From Octopus sinensis (taxonomy: Eukaryota), in the NCBI RefSeq assembly GCF_006345805.1, contig NC_043023.1, positions 9,114,001-9,178,000 on the forward strand: 64,000 bases of DNA, given 5' to 3'. Positions 52,078-64,000 of this stretch are shown here, piece after piece. Under the pieces are notes generated by a model. It did no database searches, was not told the origin of the DNA, and worked only from the letters and a program-made list of their open reading frames with translations. Within the stretch, counting starts at the first letter, position 1; each line of letters begins with the position of its first letter. Position numbers and translations under genes: made by a program.

Positions 52078-55000
52078 CCATGATTGTACCATGTAAAGCA
52101 AGCGGGCATCCACATATATACTCAATGAGTCGAATCCATCTATCCGCTTGATATTGATTTTCCTAGGTAGATTCGATTGGCTTATAGTTTTAAATTTGAA
52201 TCACAATGGAAATTTTACGGTTAGTTAGCCAAGAAGCGCACATACGCACACGCACATCCACAGATCCTGCGCACATACATACATAATTATATGTATACAC
52301 ACACACATACACCCACACACATACACACATACATAGCCACATACACAGCCAACTCATAAATAAATAAATAATATAAGAGGTATACTCGTAACTATACACA
52401 TGGAAAAAACAGAGGAACCCAACCGATTGCACATACATGCATGCAGACATCCAGCCCCCCCAAAACGACACCAAGGCCGCGGTATTAACGAAGAAGATCC
52501 ACTCACATATTTCCATAAAACATTAAATGCAAAGATACATATAATTATATCATGATAGAGAATGTAATTTTTCATAAGGTACATAATTCATATGACACCG
52601 TATTTTTCGTAACCATAGTGTTTTATAACTAAAAGTCTGCTAACTTAACCGCTATATGCTATATTCAAACATACGCTAAATTATAAAGTATATATTAAAC
52701 ATTTCCGTTTGACTATCAAAAGACATAGAAATATATATATACTAAGTTAACATCGGTTTATAATAATTAAATTATAAGAGATTAATTGTAAGAAGTCAAA
52801 ATACGCTAATATTCTAGGATATATAAACAAAATAACTCCTTATAGTATAAATAGATATCATCTTTACGTAATAAATCCAATGTTATTATAATACTAATAT
52901 TTATCTATTAAAACCCTTACCAACGAACTAATAGAATTACACTCACATCTACATGCCCATATGTATACTCATGTGTAACAACAGACATACACATACACAC
53001 CATATATTTTCACATGTGATGTGCGTGTAAACATTCATAGTACTTATATATAAATATATTTTTGAGCATCAGTGGACACATAAATACAAATGTAATAATT
53101 AACAGGATTTGGCATTAAATAATATCAGTGGAGGACTTACCAATAAAATAGTATAAAGTAAATAACAAAAATTAAATTAATTATAAGTTAATAATTATAA
53201 TTACTTAAGATTAAAATGTAATAGAATAAAATAAGATGAAATAATTAAAATTAAAATGAAAATATAAGTACAAGCTAGTATACATGTATATATATTTTAT
53301 TATAATAAATAATGGATATATATGTATATATATATACATATAAATAAATAAATAAATGAATAAATAAATAGATAAATACCATAGAATACAAATTAAGATA
53401 AATACAAAGGTAAACCTAATATATAGTACTGCTAATATGTATATATCCACATATACATAAAAGAATAGATAGATAGATAAATAACATAAAATAAAATGAA
53501 AAATATACATTGAAAAAAGTACATATATAAACTTAGTATCCAGGCTACTATTATGTAAACATTTACCTATAGATAATGAATAAATAAATAGATAAATAAC
53601 ATAATGTACAAATCAAGATGAGTACAAATATAGACTAAATATATAAGACTGCTAATATGTATAAAGCCAAATGTAAGTAAATGAATAGGTTTATTAATAA
53701 ATAACATAAGATACAAATTTAGATGAGTACAAAGATACACTAAATATACAATATAGAAGCCTGCCAAAAACCCATATACTCATCCAAAACAAACAAAATC
53801 CAATATAGACTCACATTTATTACATATTAGTATTACAGTATCTAAAACCAGGTATCCAACTATGATACTCATACACACTCTGCAATTTTGGAAATCTCTA
53901 AGAATATCATATTACTGTGTATATACCAAAATGTATATATTCTTTCTTGCCGCAGTGTATTTCCCTTATAAACCAGGACAAAAAACCAAAAACAAAAAAC
54001 AATTAATACAGAACATATATATTTATATACATGTGTAGCTACAAAATTATAAAATTATAAATTTATAAGTTGCATGTTTTAAAATTGTAGAAGACTACTA
54101 GTATAATTAGATACAGAGGAGAGTTAAAATATTACTATTAGAAAAGCTAAGTTCTATTTAAATCTAGAGAAAGTGTACGGTAGTTTATGAATGCAAAAAA
54201 ATATTTTTTCATTAATATTATTAATAATAGGCCTACCAGCTTTGATAATGAAAAAAATTTCATTAATACATAGAGAGCATTTTTTATTTTTTCCATTATA
54301 TACAGGTGCAGAAGTTAGTATTTTCCAATTTAATTTAAAATCTAAGTTCTTACTTTTGAGTTCCCAAATATACGCACTTAACCCCGTAGAGTACATCCTA
54401 TTTTTATTTCTAAAAGTATATCTATGATAATTAAGTCTCTGTTTCATGCTATTCATAGTTGCTCCGATGTATACCCTACTACTAAATTGTGTATCCACAG
54501 TGCATTGATAAACTACCTCTTTCTTGAGGCATTAATTACCAAAAACACATTGATTTCTGTTTCTGAAATTACAGTTATCAACAGGTTGGGGTGATCTAAT
54601 ATTGGCCAAAATTTCTGTAACACTATTCCCATTAATAGTGTTACAATTATTTTTACTATCCAATCCCAAATTCAACGAATGATTTGATTTATCATTATTG
54701 GCGATATTCCTATCAATAGTAATAGTATTAGTGGTAGTGGTATCATCTATTACATTAATATTTTTCCTTACAGGTACGGTACCATCATAATTTGCAAGGG
54801 GGTTGTTCGTGTTAGCTCCAAAAGAAATATTGTTCTTACGATTATAGAGAGGCAAATTACTATTATCTAAATTCAACTTTCTATCATTATAGAAGTAATC
54901 CAGTTTCCTGTTATTAAATGAGGAGATGATGGTGGCTAAATTATGTGTAATGCTATATCCTATTCTAACAGTTCCATTGTTAATTAAATGACCAAATTTA

Positions 55001-56520
55001 TTCTTACCCTAACCAAAATGCCTAAATATTACATTGTGCAAAGCTCTAACTATGTCTGTTTTTATCTGCAATGCATATGGGATTATCAGCCATAGTGTAT
55101 CCTTATCAGTATTAGGGTTGCCTATCAAATTGTTATTTTTAGTAAAAACCTTGTTCCTCCTCCATCCCATATGTTTACTATCCTTAACAATGTCATTGTT
55201 ATGCCTATCATTATCAATATTCCCATAATTATTGCGTAAATAAACTTTACTATTATCATACCTACCATTAGTTTTGATATGCGTATTATTAATATTACTA
55301 CCATCACTTATGTGCGCTAATTTATTTAAACTAACGTCAACAGCTCCGAAATTACCAACACCTTTATAATTATCATATGTGTTTTTATATATCGTATTTT
55401 TCCTTATCCTACAGTTATTATTGTTTGTCCTAAATTTATTGGTGTTGTTCCTAATAGTTCCACCGGTATTTGAAGGATCATCCTTGGGTATATACCATAT
55501 TTTACTTTTGTAGCCTGCTTTCAGCAATGCTGTATTATATCTATCACAATGCTTATTAAAAATGTCCCCGTTTGAGGATAGATAAGAGATTCTCTGACTA
55601 ATGCAACGCACTAGTGATCTTTTAATTTGAGGGGGGTGATTGCTAGAACGGTTTATATATACTAAGTTAGAATTGGGTTTAATATAAGGTTCATGCATCC
55701 CATTAGTAAGGTTGCAATTGACATCCAAATAATTGGCAGAATAGTTTTCATTTTCAATAATTATGGATAGGCCAAAACTATTAAAAAATTCATTTAGTCT
55801 TTTTTTCAGTAGATCCAGTCTCCTATTTGATGTATTATTTACCAAAAATAAAGCGTCATACCTATATAGTCCTCCTTTTAATTCAGGGAATTCTCTACTA
55901 ATGTTATCTAGTAAGTACATCCCAACCAGATCAGTCACTTCCGCTGAATCCGGCGATCCCATGGTGATGTCGAACAAGTTGGGTGTCTTTTCTAGCCCAA
56001 AGTTTGTTATCAAACTCTATTAAAGTTTTCCTAGCTGTTAAGATAACCCTAATCTCTCCCATACTTAATTTAGTGTGTCGCCTAGCAAAAATTAAAGCCT
56101 TATTTAATATAATAGGGTTTATGGATGTGTAGTAATTTTGTATATCAAATTGGATGAATTTACTTCTATTATTATTACTGACCTTTATGGCAGAAAACCA
56201 ATCCAGTGCACCTTGAGTATTCTTCCAAAGGTTAAGTTTAATCTTGTTACGTATAGCAGGTAAATATTTATCCAGAATAAGTTTACTCAGTCTGCCTAAG
56301 TCAGATTTGGTAGGGCAAATCAATCTGACCTGCGTGTTACCAAGAAAGTTTTCTTTATGGTCCTTGAGTGTGATTCTCGGTCTAGTGGGGGTATAAGGTT
56401 CCGTTTTTTCTTCTAGGTAATAATCCAATATTATTTCTCTAATCTCAAGGTTCAGTTTCTAAGTGTGTTAAAAGGTACAATTTCATATTTCTTAGTAATT
56501 TCTTTGTGTAGTAATTCATG
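51480..56520 (-). mobile_element. 5'-truncated Naiad/Chlamys-type Penelope-like element with long AT-rich 3' region
   Basis: RT: ITLKDHKENF, RLICP.KS.LG, FDIQNYYTSI, FDITMGSPDSAEV.DLVG, GLYRYD, YINRSSNHPP. GIY-YIG: VVYQCTV..YIGAT...KQR..YH, CSLCINE. One frameshift (~56010) and in-frame TAG (55009-55011) and TAA (54532-54534). The 3' extent to ~51480 is inferred from the hammerhead at 51635. Confidence 0.8.
51635..51745 (-). ncRNA. Type-I hammerhead motif with 86-nt stem II region
   Basis: Reverse strand: tct-CUGAAGA-ggccgtga...tcacggcc-GAAA-cagctg-UC-aga; canonical G-C at 10.1/11.1, GUC triplet, palindromic ACAGCUGU. Confidence 0.8.
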
Positions 56521-56521
56521 G

Positions 56522-56589
<68 letters not shown>

Positions 56590-57097
56590 GATTCAGTTGA
56601 AATAGGCAATTAGGTTTAGACACCAAGCCAGTCCGGTATTATCCGCACAGCTCGAAGTGAATAGAAATCAAATAAATAACAGGACGCCAAGGGACAAATG
56701 TTGAAATTTGGGATCTCTTCAACAGTTTCAGCTACCAAATACATCTCTCAAAATTCTTGTCAACCACAAGCTGTTGTAGAAATCCCTTTTCCCAAGGTGC
56801 TATGTAAGAAGATTGAACAAAGGATACGTTGATTTTCAAGGAACTTTCTTAAGTACATAGACATAACAGCAGCTCTTAATATTTACAATTTAGATGTAAA
56901 AGCAATTTATCTATTCCTTAAGGCAAGGATAACCCTCAGTAATGAACTCAATTGTAATATATATTGTAATATATGTTGTACTGACTAAAATAATATTGTC
57001 GTGGCACAACTCCAATGTTTAATTCCATGCTTTAACGATGTATTAATAAACTCTTCTATGGCAATAAATATGTTTATCTAACGGCTTCCCTTTACAG

Positions 57098-57226
57098 GTA
57101 ATACAAAACTCAAGTGCCAAAGCAAATACGAAAATTAACAGCCATATTATTGCTGCAAGTATTCCCAATGTTAATATAACCAACCGTGATGAACCAGTTA
57201 CAATAGCATTCAATGTAATAGATCCA
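57098..57226 (+). CDS. adGPCR copy 2 exon: distal GAIN (VIQNSSAKANTKINSHIIAASIPNVNITNRDEPVTIAFNVIDP)
   Basis: ttccctttacag / gtaagc; 43 codons. Confidence 0.88.
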
Positions 57227-57324
57227 GTAAGCGCTATGTATTTTGTTATAGCTGTCACAGTTTATGTTTCGTTTCAGGGCCATACACCACTGCTCACAAA
57301 TGAAACACGGACCGCGGTGGAACA

Positions 57325-57651
57325 AGTAGTAGTAGTAGTAGTCGTAGTAGTCGTAGTAGTCGTAGTAGTAGTAGTAGTTTCAAGTTATAAATATCTTTAT
57401 AATACCATCTTTATAATACGCGCGGCGGATATGTTTCCAGTTATTTGTGTTGTAGTAGAAGTCGTAGTAGTAGTAGTAGTGGTGGTGTTGGTGTTGGTGT
57501 TGGTGGTAGTGGTAGTAGTAGTAGTAGTAGTAGTAGTTTCAACTTATAACTTATACTATCTTTATAATACACGCGACGGATATGTTTCCAGTCATTTGTG
57601 TTGTAGTAGAAGTCGTAGTAGTAGTAGTAGTGGTGGTGGTGGTGTTGGTGT

Positions 57652-57691
<40 letters not shown>

Positions 57692-57765
57692 TTCAACTTA
57701 TAACTTATACTATCTTTATAATACACGCGGCGGATATGTTTCCAGTCATTTGTGTTGTTTTTTAG
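57325..57765. repeat. Three ~155-bp units of unique sequence + (GTA/GTG)n; single-copy in copy 1 (~790-885)
   Basis: ttcaacttataac..atctttataatac..ggatatgtttccagt repeated three times. Confidence 0.88.
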
Positions 57766-58182
57766 TATTACCAGTGTATTTTCTTAATATGTTTGTCTAT
57801 TGCCTTCATTGATTGCGTCTGTGTATTTTAAATGTGATAAATTTCTTTGGGTTTCCGTTGACTATAGTTGAGGTTGTTATTGTTGTTTACCTTCATGTCA
57901 TCTCTGATCCAGTAGGCCTCTGATGAAACACATTACAGCCATGACCATCATGTCATTTTGTAGATCACTAAATATTTCAAGAACGACATCAGTTGTTAAT
58001 GTGATGGAGTAGAAATTATCATACTAAACATAGATTAAAAAACAAATTTGAATTGTCAGTTCAGCTACGTTACAAACAGTGATTTGGGGTTCACAGTGTC
58101 AATAATAACTAAACATTTATAACCATTGTTTGATATTTTGTTACTTTCGCAAAGATACATTACATGTATTTTAATTACAAAG

Positions 58183-58534
58183 TAGAGTGGTTGTATACTG
58201 TCAACTTAACGTGACAGTCCTGTAAGAGAATTACATCACCGCTGTTTAGCCCTAGGAAGCTACACGTTTGCATTATGTTATATATACAATAATAATAAAG
58301 GACGTTACCGTATACATTTTTTACAAACCAAGGACGTTATATACACCTTGACTCAAGTTAGAGGAGTGCGTATTATACACAAGGTTTAGGTTTTTCAGAG
58401 GTACAACCCCCTAAAAATCCCCTGCATATTATACTCAAGAGCGGAATATGCTCGATGCTTCCTAGGGCTAAACAGCGGTGGTGTAATTCACTTACAGGAC
58501 TGTCACGTTAAGTTGACAGTATACAACCACGCTA
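58183..58534. mobile_element. Element with 78-bp terminal inverted repeats enclosing a copy of the neighbouring MITE interior
   Basis: 58183-58260 is the reverse complement of 58457-58534; the interior matches 59237-59440. Confidence 0.75.
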
Positions 58535-58621
58535 TCGCTCCACCACCGTACATATCTCTATGAGATATTTAGAAATTTAATATTTCTAATTACAAAGTAA
58601 TTTGATTAAATTGTATTTTAG

Positions 58622-58771
58622 AATGCCACCAACCCACAATGTGTCTATTGGGACGAATCCCCAGGGCGTAATCCCCACTGGTCAGCAAAGGGCTGTGATA
58701 CATCCGACTATGAACCTGGAAAAAAAGTATTTTGTACTTGTAACCATCTTACAAGTTTTGCCATGCTAATG
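58622..58771 (+). CDS. adGPCR copy 2 exon: GPS motif
   Basis: gtattttag / gttggt; NATNPQCVYWDESPGRNPHWSAKGCDTSDYEPGKKVFCTCNHLTSFAMLM. Confidence 0.95.
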
Positions 58772-59098
58772 GTTGGTAACATTACGACAACCAGTTAATT
58801 GCCAGTACACTGGAAATCCTGTCTGTGAATAAATAATTTCAACACGTATTAACCATCATTTTAGTAAATATGTGAGGTTGGTATTTTGTAATAGGGCACT
58901 GTTGATCGTGCTCTTATTGCTGTTTATCAGTTTAAACTCAGAACGGTGTCTACTTGATGAACCAAGATACCATCCTCAATTAAATGCATGAGAATTCCTC
59001 AAAGGTGAATGTCATGGGACAGAGAAAAACAACCATTTTCGCTGAATTTAAAATCTATTGGGCTAAAACAATCTGAATGACAATCTAAGTAAGAGATA

Positions 59099-59451
59099 CC
59101 GTAAATCCTCGAGTATAATCCGCAATTTTTTCCAAAAATTTAAAGGTCAAAATCCCTAGAGCGTACTATATACGCGGTAAAAATGAAAAATATTTCCTAA
59201 GCAATGTCCGAGTCTCTATTTGCTGTCAAGTACAAAGAAGCTACACGTTTGCATTATGCTATATATACAATAATGATAAAGGACGTTACCGTATACATTT
59301 TTACAAACCAAGGACGTTATATAGATCTCCTTGACTCAAGTTAGAGAAGGAGTGCGTATTATACACAAGGTTTAGGTTTTTCAGAGGTATAACCCCCTAA
59401 AAATCCCCTGCATATTATACTCAAGGGCGGAATGTACTCGAGGATCTACGG
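59099..59451. mobile_element. MITE, Tc1/mariner-pogo-like
   Basis: 19-bp TIRs (ccgtaaatcctcgagtata versus ccgtagatcctcgagtaca), flanked by TA on both sides; absent from the homologous copy 1 intron. Confidence 0.85.
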
Positions 59452-59737
59452 TACTTATTTAGTATACAATAATTCTCTAAAGCACAAAAGCCATGTTTGT
59501 AGCTTACAAGTTAAACATTTGGCCTCTTCATGATTCTGTTACAGGGTCTCTCCTCTCATTTACATGAAACTTCTGTGTCAATAATGCAGATATATACAAT
59601 ATCTGTCAGTTTCAACAACACATCTGCTACCCGTAAAACTAAAACCTACCCCTATCTTCTGTACATATTTTAGCTTAAAGGAATAGCTGAAGCAATGCAA
59701 TAAGTTAGTTCACTCAATACCAGTTCTACTATCATCT

Positions 59738-59970
59738 TATTTCTTTATTGCCCACAAGGGGTTAAACATAGAGGGGACAAACAAGGACAGACAAAGGGGT
59801 TAAGTCGATTACATCGACCCCAGTGAGTAACTGGTACTTAATTTATCGACCCCGAAAGGATGAAATGTAAAGTCGACCTCGGCGGAATTTGAACTCAGAA
59901 CGTAACGGCAGACGAAATACGCAAAGCCTTTCGTCCGGCGTGCTAACGATTCTGCCAGCTCGCCGCCTTA
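59738..59970 (-). mobile_element. SINE family A with 16-bp TSD
   Basis: TSD agttctactatcatct at 59722 and 59971; the empty site is present in the copy 1 intron (~2017-2033). Confidence 0.9.
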
Positions 59971-60401
59971 AGTTCTACTATCATCTGACATCATAATGGC
60001 AGTGTTGTTAGAACATTACTAAATAACTTCACTTCTCTTTATTACACTATCTGGATATTTATTTATCACATATTTTAAGCCATACGTCCGCCCTCAATTA
60101 ACGGTTTAGGTCAAACAGCTTCAATTATTTGTACTGATAACATATAATAAGATATACCTTCAATGAATTTGAACTAAAGATTTATAGGACGGTGGTATAT
60201 TCTAACTTGACTCAGATATCTCATATACATCATAACGACAGTGAAACGTCACACTGGGGTTAAATATCATGTAACATGTAATAGAAGATGGCACCCGCCT
60301 ATATTAACCCTCATAATTTATATAAGTATTGACTTAGCATATAAGAAAGAAATAAGATAAGAAAGGAGGGGATAATATGTTGTCGTTTGTTTCTATTGCA
60401 G

Positions 60402-60523
60402 GATGTCTACCAGAATGAAAGAGATGTAAAACATAGTCAAATCTTGTCTATTCTTTCTAACATTGGTTCCGGAATATCATTTGTCTGTGTCATTCTGACA
60501 GCAATAGTTCATGTTTATTTCAA
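60402..60523 (+). CDS. adGPCR copy 2 exon: TM1
   Basis: ctattgcag / gtaagc; DVYQNERDVKHSQILSILSNIGSGISFVCVILTAIVHVYF(K). Confidence 0.93.
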
Positions 60524-61202
60524 GTAAGCATTTCAATTTCTATCTTATTTTGTAAACTGTTCAAATACAGAGAGACAGTGTCCAACAGTTTGTGGAATTC
60601 TCACAGATTGGTAAGATCAATAGTTGATGTCTGCAGAAAAATCATGGATGTGAAAAGAATTCCAGAATGTTGTCAATTTGATGAAATTGTTGACTGGACA
60701 AATATTTTAGTGCAGGTTTTGTAAGCGACTCACATTAACGATGACATGCGAAAAAGAGGAGTGAGGGGTGTTCTGTGTGTTTAAGTAGAGTTAATTCAGA
60801 GAAGTATGGCTTTACTGTTACTACTATATCGGTCTCTATCATCTTTATACAATATGTCTGTGACCGAGTTGTAGCTTGTTGACGAGTTTATATTCGCTAT
60901 CCAACCAGATTAGCTTCCTTTGGGTGTGATCGAGAATATGTGTGTGCGGTGTGTATATATGTATGTATGGTATATGTTTTGCTGGAATGTCAATATTTGT
61001 CTAACGCTGCTCCGTATTCCCTGATCTTAATCAGAAATCTATGTCTTTCTGACAGTGTTTATACATGCATACATATAACTTACATACATACATGAAATTA
61101 GGCTTCTCAAAACCAGAAAGGGGAAAGCTAAATCAAAGACTACAGAGCCAATCTATCACTGAAACTGTAAAAATCTGTAAAACTTTCCAGAAGTTCATCA
61201 TA

Positions 61203-61575
61203 GGCGCAGGAGTGGCTGTGTGGTAAGTAGCTTGTTTACCAGCCACATGCTTCCGGGTTCAGTCCCACTGCATGGCACCTAGAACAAGTGTCTTCTACTA
61301 TGGCCTCGGGCCGACCAAAGCCTTGTGAGTAGATTTGGTAGACGGAAACTGAAAGAAGCCCGTCGTATATATGTGTGTGTTTGTGTGTTTGTGTTTGTCC
61401 CCCTAGCATTGCTTGACAACCGTTACTTAGTGGTTCGGCAAAAGAGACTGATAGAATAAGTACTGGGCTTACAAAAGAATAAGTCCCGGGGTCGAGTTGC
61501 TCGATTAAAGGCGGTGCTCCAGCATGGCCGCAGTGAAATGACTGAAACAAGTAAAAGAGTAAAAGAGTAAAGAGT
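61203..61575 (+). mobile_element. SINE family B
   Basis: Same head and body as 33128. Confidence 0.88.
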
Positions 61576-61984
61576 ATTTAAATATATAAGAGCACATCTA
61601 GATAAGAATACATATATAAAGCATACAAATCTTCACATAATAATACTCAAAATAATTAATAATTGAGCATTTTATACGCAAATTCGTTAAGCAGATTTCC
61701 TTATACATTTTAGGAAATCTAGTTTACAAACTGTGTATCCGTGGAGACCTAGCGAGTTGTACTCTAACACAGAATTTAAACGAGTCCGGCTGATTCTTAC
61801 TCTTATGGACAAGGAGACACTCTGTGTAATATGATACCTGCAAACTGCATGTTGAATACAGGGTTGACAAAAACTTACAGTCGTAGTCTATTGTACAGTG
61901 TAGCATTGCTGTTAATGTATTAACAACATATATGTGTGTACGTTGTGTGCTTGCGTGCGTCAGCGTATTCTACGTTCAATGCGT

Positions 61985-62348
61985 GGTTAGGGCAGCGGAC
62001 TCGCGGTCATAGGATCGCGGTTTCGATTCCCAGACCGGGCGTTGTGAGTGTTTATTGAGCGAAAACACCTAAAAGCTCCACGAGGCTCCGGCAGGGGATG
62101 GTGGTGATCCCTGCTGTACTCTTTCACCACAACTTTCTCTCACTCTTACTTCCTGTTTCTGTTGTACCTGTATTTCAAGGGGCCGGCCTAGTCACTCTCT
62201 GTGTCACACTGAATATCCCCGAGAACTACGTTAAGGGTGCACGTGTCTGTGGAGTGCTCAGCCACTTACACGCTAATTTCACGAGCAGGCTGTTCCGTTG
62301 ATTCGGATCAATCGGAACCCTCGTCGTCGTAACCGACGGATTGCTTCC
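61985..62348 (+). mobile_element. tRNA-Arg-like SINE (family C1)
   Basis: Matches 38151; 13-bp TSD acgttcaatgcgt. Confidence 0.9.
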
Positions 62349-62429
62349 ACGTTCAATGCGTCATGTACGACATCTATCATGAACAACTATCAATGCGTCA
62401 TGTACAGAACTACTATCAACAATCAAACC

Positions 62430-62730
62430 TGTTTGTTCCTTCTCGAGCCATGCCTGGCTTATAAGGGCCGGTTTCCCGGTTTCTTTGGCGTATAGGTTCC
62501 CCACCTGGACGGGACACCGGTCCGTCGTAGGTGAGCTGCATGATGCTGGAGGAAAGACTGAGAGAAAGATGTGGCAAAAGAGTCAGCAGAATTTCGCTAC
62601 TCTTTTCTGCCGGAACCGCGTGGAGCTTAGTGTTTCGCTCATAAGCATACACATTGTCTGGTCTGAGATTCAACCCGCGTTCCCTCGACCGCGAGTCCGC
62701 TGCTCTAACAACTAGGCCACATACCTCCAC
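62430..62730 (-). mobile_element. tRNA-derived SINE (family C2-related)
   Basis: Reverse head gtggcctagttgttagagcagcggactcgcgg; body resembles 15050-15150. Confidence 0.8.
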
Positions 62731-62969
62731 CTACCCAATGAACACAGTCAACAATAAGCACAATGCTTTATATCTAATACATCCTATTACACACAGCTAC
62801 ACTACACCATGTCTAAATACATATTTTAAATGCATAGTCAACATATCATTTATATTTCGAATAACCATCACCTATAAACATAGTTGTAATACTATTTTGT
62901 GCTTTGAACAATGCATTTTATATTTGTGTTAATTTAATGCAGTATTATTTCTTGTTTTCGTTATTTCAG

Positions 62970-63093
62970 AAATCTATGGAAATTAACGTCTTCCAAGGTT
63001 TTAGTAAACTTGTGCGTTTCTTTAGCTGCCACTTATTTTATCTTTCTTGTTGGGTTCCAAGAATATAGTACAACAATAACAGCTGTTTGTAAG
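62970..63093 (+). CDS. adGPCR copy 2 exon: ICL1-TM2-ECL1
   Basis: ttatttcag / gtaagt; NLWKLTSSKVLVNLCVSLAATYFIFLVGFQEYSTTITAVCK. Confidence 0.93.
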
Positions 63094-63353
63094 GTAAGTG
63101 AACACATATTTAACATAAAACACGATGGGTCCCGATCGTCGCCGTAAGGCACAGGACTAGAGACAAAAATCGTGGCCCAGATAGATACATTTAATTTACG
63201 GGCGTTTGTTGGGGTCTAATATCACTCAAACGCTCTGATACCCCCCAGAATGCCAGAGGACTAATAGTTCAACTAATGACTTTTGAGATGATGTAAAACT
63301 TGCCCCCATTATATACTAAGAAGTTATTTAAAGTATTTTTTGTGTGCATGGCA

Positions 63354-63757
63354 CTCTTTTACTCTTTTACTTGTTTCAGTCATTTGACTGCGGCCATGTT
63401 GGAGCACCGCCTTTAGTCGAGCAAATCGACCCCGGGACTTATTCATTGTAAGCCCAGTACTTATTCTATCGGTCTCTTTTTGCTAAGTGACGGGGACGTA
63501 AACACACCAGCATCAGTTGTCAAGCAATGCTAGAGGGACAAACATAGACACACAAACATATACACACATACATATATATATATATACATATATACGACAG
63601 GCTTCTTTCAGTTTCCGTCTACCAAATCCACTCACAAGGCTTTGGTCGGCCCGAGGCTATAGTAGAAGACACTTGGCCAAGATGCCACGCAGTGGGACTG
63701 AACCCGGAACCATGTGGTTGGTAGGCAAGCTACTTACCACGCAGCCACTCCTGCGCC
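63354..63757 (-). mobile_element. SINE family B
   Basis: Reverse complement of family B. Confidence 0.88.
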
Positions 63758-64000
63758 TATTGTCTCATTTTCGTAAAAATATGCTTATCAGTCCATGCTA
63801 TGTAAGTGCAAATCCCTCATTGTGAAAGAAAGTCTACTAAACAGATTTCATCCAGTAAGAGAGCCCATGTTGTGGCTCTTTCCAAATTATTTCCAATATT
63901 TCTATTGATATTACATTTAATCTTTCCGTTGTTCGTTCTTACATTCTTTCATTTGACCAGTGAGGGTGCGTCGCTAAGTGGTTATGTCACTTTGCTCAAG

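Larger units (their letters stand above)
57098..63093 (+). other. Adhesion GPCR gene block, copy 2 (paralog of copy 1; continues beyond window; no upstream exons recognised)
   Basis: Four exons with the same splice-site contexts and phases as copy 1 exons 1-4; flanking introns are also alignable by eye. Confidence 0.9.

Noticed and set aside
54500-55020. Possible selenocysteine recoding in the Naiad-type PLE (reported for some Naiads)
   Set aside because: The in-frame stops here are TAG and TAA, not TGA, and are not at Cys positions; best read as decay.

Overview
AT-rich, microsatellite-saturated eukaryotic genomic DNA. It is probably from an octopod cephalopod; this is inferred from the tRNA-derived SINE families and (TA)n density and is not verified. 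Two tandem + strand adhesion-GPCR (GAIN/GPS + 7TM) gene blocks sit at the window ends: copy 1 has 8 spliced exons at 516-15548 running to a stop codon, and copy 2 has 4 exons at 57098-63093 and runs off the right edge. The ~41 kb between them, and the introns, hold an RTE LINE, two Penelope-like elements (a Neptune-type copy duplicated head-to-head as an ~8.8-kb palindrome, and a decayed Naiad-type copy), a near-full-length L1/Tx1 LINE, R4-like and Tx1 fragments, non-autonomous Helitrons, a MITE and many SINEs. The most striking unannotated signal is 14 type-I hammerhead-ribozyme motifs from 8 sequence families, all found by eye. Eleven of them lie in five fold-back (head-to-head) inverted duplications that all have the same polarity, and two lie in sense orientation inside adhesion-GPCR introns. 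All alignments, folds and counts were done by hand, so boundaries may be off by a few bases.
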